Assembly (NCBI RefSeq): GCF_009914755.1
Contig: NC_060933.1
DNA: 64,000 bases
From: the human T2T-CHM13v2.0 reference genome, Homo sapiens
Direction: 5' to 3' (one strand)
Position 1 is the stretch's first letter. Each line of letters starts with the position of its first letter. A model generated the notes under the pieces. That model saw only the letters and a program-made list of their open reading frames with translations, did not search any database and was not told where the DNA came from. The position numbers and the translations under genes were made by a program. Shown here piece after piece: positions 60,212 through 64,000 of this stretch.

Positions 60212-60462
60212 TCACATTCAAAGGGAGGCACAGGCATTAGGTTAGCAATTTCCACTGTGCTGAAAGTTACACAAGGGTGAGTACAGGGTGTTCCGAGAGC
60301 CTTCTCCTTCCCAACTGGGTTAAGCCCTTCCAAGGAGGCCTGTATTCTCAGTCCCACCTTCAGACCTGGGCAAGCCCTCAGGGACCCTTGCTGTTTGGAG
60401 TGACTTCTCAACGTTTTCAAAGTCCCTCTCTACTGCGTGGGACAAGTTGGGGCTGGCAGTAC

Positions 60463-61182
60463 TGTTCCCAGACCAAGCCCAGGCCGGGTCTGGCTGCGTG
60501 TTCTAGTGGCTCAGTAACGAGAAGCAGATAAACTAAGAAAGGAAGTTTATTGCTGTAACCAGATACAGGGAGAAGGTCGGAGATAGTTTCACCAGACCAA
60601 CTCGAAGCATTACAATTTTCTCAGTGCTTACGTGTGTGGGGGTTATATGGCTATGTGTGGTATCGCATTCGGCTAAGTCTATAGGTGACTAATTTTGTTC
60701 TAACTAGAAGGTTAGGAGCCAAAAATGCCTTCTAAGTTTAATGAATCTATGAGGACCCCAGTATCATCAAGGCCTGTCTCCCAAATTCTAATTAATGAGG
60801 ACTGTGGTACTGAGGTGATTATTTCTATCTTCTCTCTTTAACGGTTTGGTCCAGAGAGCTGCCTTAGACTATCCAGTAAATCTGTTCGCACAGCTGCCTT
60901 TGTTACCTTGACGCGTCCCGGATTTCATTGACCTGAGACGGGTCCTGGCACAAGGAATGTAAGGCTGTCTCCATTATCTTGACTTGCTCCAAGTTTGGGA
61001 GAAGCCTGTGCAAAGCTTCTCCTGAATGTATGTTTCATTTCTGGCTTTGAGATCTGGGCATCGATTTCTCTGGGTCTAATTATTAGCTCAATGTTAAGGC
61101 AGTGCTGTGGAAATGTGTCTGTGTAACTGGGGTGCTATGCAGGCCTGTCTGTGTTACTGTCAGGGAGAATTGGCCTGGCCCA
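60463..61182 (-). mobile_element. ERV1 solo LTR (MER34/MER39/LTR49-like), 720 bp
   Basis: TG...CA ends with a 4-bp TSD GTAC (60459-60462 / 61183-61186). Confidence 0.8.
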
Positions 61183-62239
61183 GTACCTTCCCTGGGCAGA
61201 GCCTAGAGCAGGACTTTGAGGTCCTCAGCTCCAATTCTCCCTGTTGGGGGCACCCTCCAACTCTCTACCCCTAACCCCTGCACGTGGGGTGGACCAGATG
61301 CTCCCAGGAGCTTGGGGAAACTTGTACTGAGGGGCTTCTTCCAGAGCTATGTGTCTGGCTCTGGTTCTAGGAAGGTAGGGTGGTGGGCCAATTCAGCTGA
61401 CTAGTGAGCTATTTCTTTTGCAGAATTGCCTGAGATTGGACCACCAGCATGGTGTCTAGAAAATGACTTTGGGGTGTCTCAAGTTGCTTATATAGACAGG
61501 AATCCTGGCTCCCCCTCCTCCAAATTGCCAGCCACCCCTTCCCCTTCCCCTTCCCCGCAAGGATAGCCCTGCCTATAATTCTTTGTAGCATTCAACATGA
61601 TTGTGATTGTTTATTGTCTTCCTGCCTGGCTTCTTTCCTTCCTCTTTTCCTCCTTCCCCTACTATTCCCTTCCTTCCATTCATTCAGTCAACCCAGACAC
61701 CATTCAAGGTTCTGGGGGATGTGGGAATAAATGCATTTCTGCTTCCTTGGAGCTTATATTCTGAGGCAGGAGCTGGGCAGTAAAAAAGTAATTCAAAAAG
61801 CAGGATAGAGATAAATGCTATACACATAACACCAGAATGAGGTAAATTCATGGGGGTCTACTTGGCACCGGGGGGAGGTCAGATAATGTCTTCTCTCTGA
61901 GGAAACCTCATTTGAGTGGAAACCTAAATGAGGAGTCAGTCTTGCAAAAATGAACCTTCCACTCTTTTCCATTGAGTAGAAAATTAAATGAGGAGTCAGC
62001 CTTGCAAAGTTTTGTTGCATTGTTCTAGCGAAGAAACGGTACCTGCAAAGGCCATGGGGTGTTTCCTGCTATTCATTCATTCATTCAACAGCAGGTTCCT
62101 GGAGTGTGGTGGGTGAGAGGAATAAGAGCCTGAGACAGGGCTGAAGAGATCAGCAACAGCACATTGTGCGAAACCCCTGTAGACACGATGACATAGAGTT
62201 TGAATATTATCCAAAAGCATGTGGGAAGCCATTTCAAGG

Positions 62240-62660
<421 letters not shown>

Positions 62661-62929
62661 TAGGGGAAGCAAGGAGATCAGTGTAACTCAGAGAATGAAG
62701 CCTGAGATCACGGCAGGTGGCAGTGGAGGTGGCTAGAGTCCAGGTGGGCTTGGAGACAAATGTGGTGGGGTGGGGTTTGCTCTTAGGTTGGATGTGGAGG
62801 TCCTGGAGGAAAGGATGGAAACAGGATGACTTCTAGGTTTCTGACTTGAACAAACAGAACGACAATACTGTTAGGTAGTTAGATGGACATTAGCAGCTGG
62901 GAGAGGGAGAGAGAAGAAAGCAGGAGGGC

Positions 62930-63790
62930 TGTCACTAAGACCGGCCCTAGCCCACCTAAGTTCAGCCTGAGACCGTCCTAACTCCACCCTAATGGATGGA
63001 ATTTATGGTACAATCTGGGGCCAGCACATCCTGGAGAAAGAAAAACTGGGGCACAGATAACGATGGCCTAAAGCCACACGTGCCCAGTCCATGTAGGCCA
63101 TAACCCAGGGAAAACCCATCCTCATTATAGTCGTTATAATAAAATTTACATGTGGTTTTGCCTCTCTGAGTGGGCTTTTCTTAATGAATTATGGGTAAAA
63201 ACATGCGCAGTTTAACTTCAGGGATATAACCATAAACTGCCAATCAAATGATATCATCCTGTCACTCAAACACAGCCCAAGCCTCAACTCCTCCAACAAA
63301 CCCCATAAAAGCACCTTGATTTTTGTAAAGAGGGGCTGATTTTACTTCCCAGAAATGAGCCTGCTCTCCCTCAGAGTGTTTTACTGTGTTGCAATAAATC
63401 TTGCTGTAAGCTTGCATTTCAGTGTTAGTTTGCCTTTTTTTTTTTTTTTGAGATGGAGTCTCGCTCTGTCGCTCGGGCTAGAGTGCAGTGGCGCAATCTG
63501 CCTCAGCCTCCCGAGTAGCTGGGACTACAGGCGCCCGCCACCATGCCCGGCTAATTTTTTTGTATTTTTAGTAGAGATGGGGTTTCACCGTGTTTGCCAG
63601 GATGGTCTCGATCTCCTGACCTTGTGATCCATCTGCCTTGGCCTCCCAAAGTGCTGGGATTACAGGTGTGAGCCCAGCCTAGTTTGCAATTCTTTGCTCA
63701 CTATCACAAGAACTGAGATTGCTGGTCCAGAGCTCCAGCTCTGTTGATCTTGGTTAAAGAATCCATTCCAACACAGGATGCCCGGTAACA
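62930..63790 (+). mobile_element. ERV-type LTR (family not identified) with an inserted, internally deleted Alu (63435-63679)
   Basis: TG...CA ends, ccataaaag TATA-like box, AATAAA at ~63393; Alu TSD tagtttgc; no matching LTR TSD. Confidence 0.6.
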
Positions 63791-63871
63791 ATACCACTGG
63801 CAGAGATGAGGAAGCCCGGGGGACAAGTGACAGATTTTGAGATGGGTGTCAGCAATTAGAAAGTTATTTGT

Positions 63872-64000
63872 GCTGGGCGCGGTGGCTCACGCCTGTAACC
63901 CCAGCACTTTGGGAGGCCGAGGCAGGCGGATCACCTGAGGTCGGGAGTTCGAGACCAGCCTGACCAACATGCAGAAACCCCGTCTCTACTAAAAATACAG
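63872..64000 (+). mobile_element. Alu left arm (cut by the window edge)
   Basis: Alu consensus. Confidence 0.9.

Noticed and set aside
61905-62010. ~40-bp direct repeat with ~60-bp period (also small duplications at ~1101, ~12315 and ~53496)
   Set aside because: Local slippage duplications within old repeats; only 2-3 copies, so not an array or CRISPR-like structure

Overview
Human (or near-identical great-ape) genomic DNA containing the 5' half of SETX (senataxin, the Sen1-family RNA/DNA helicase mutated in AOA2 and ALS4) on the minus strand. A CpG-island promoter at ~46.7-48.0 kb is followed by two non-coding exons and coding exons 3-11. All nine coding exons have clean GT-AG borders and splice into one open frame of 5374 nt (codons 1-1791), including a 4176-nt exon 10. 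The gene runs off the left edge of the window. The rest is Alu-saturated (~60 elements), with old L1/L2 fragments, DNA transposons (MER3, MER20, MER58, Tigger2/MER8, MER6) and solo LTRs. Almost all short ORFs in the track are Alu or other repeat artefacts. I see no new protein-coding system. The best leads are regulatory: a uORF-packed 5' leader, candidate alternative first exons (one giving an in-frame N-terminal extension, one under a MYB/octamer/KLF motif cluster), a possible spliced divergent transcript, and a tailless 5S rRNA retrocopy with a target-site duplication. Exon coordinates are counted to the base. Repeat coordinates are approximate, and family names are recognised by eye rather than by a search.
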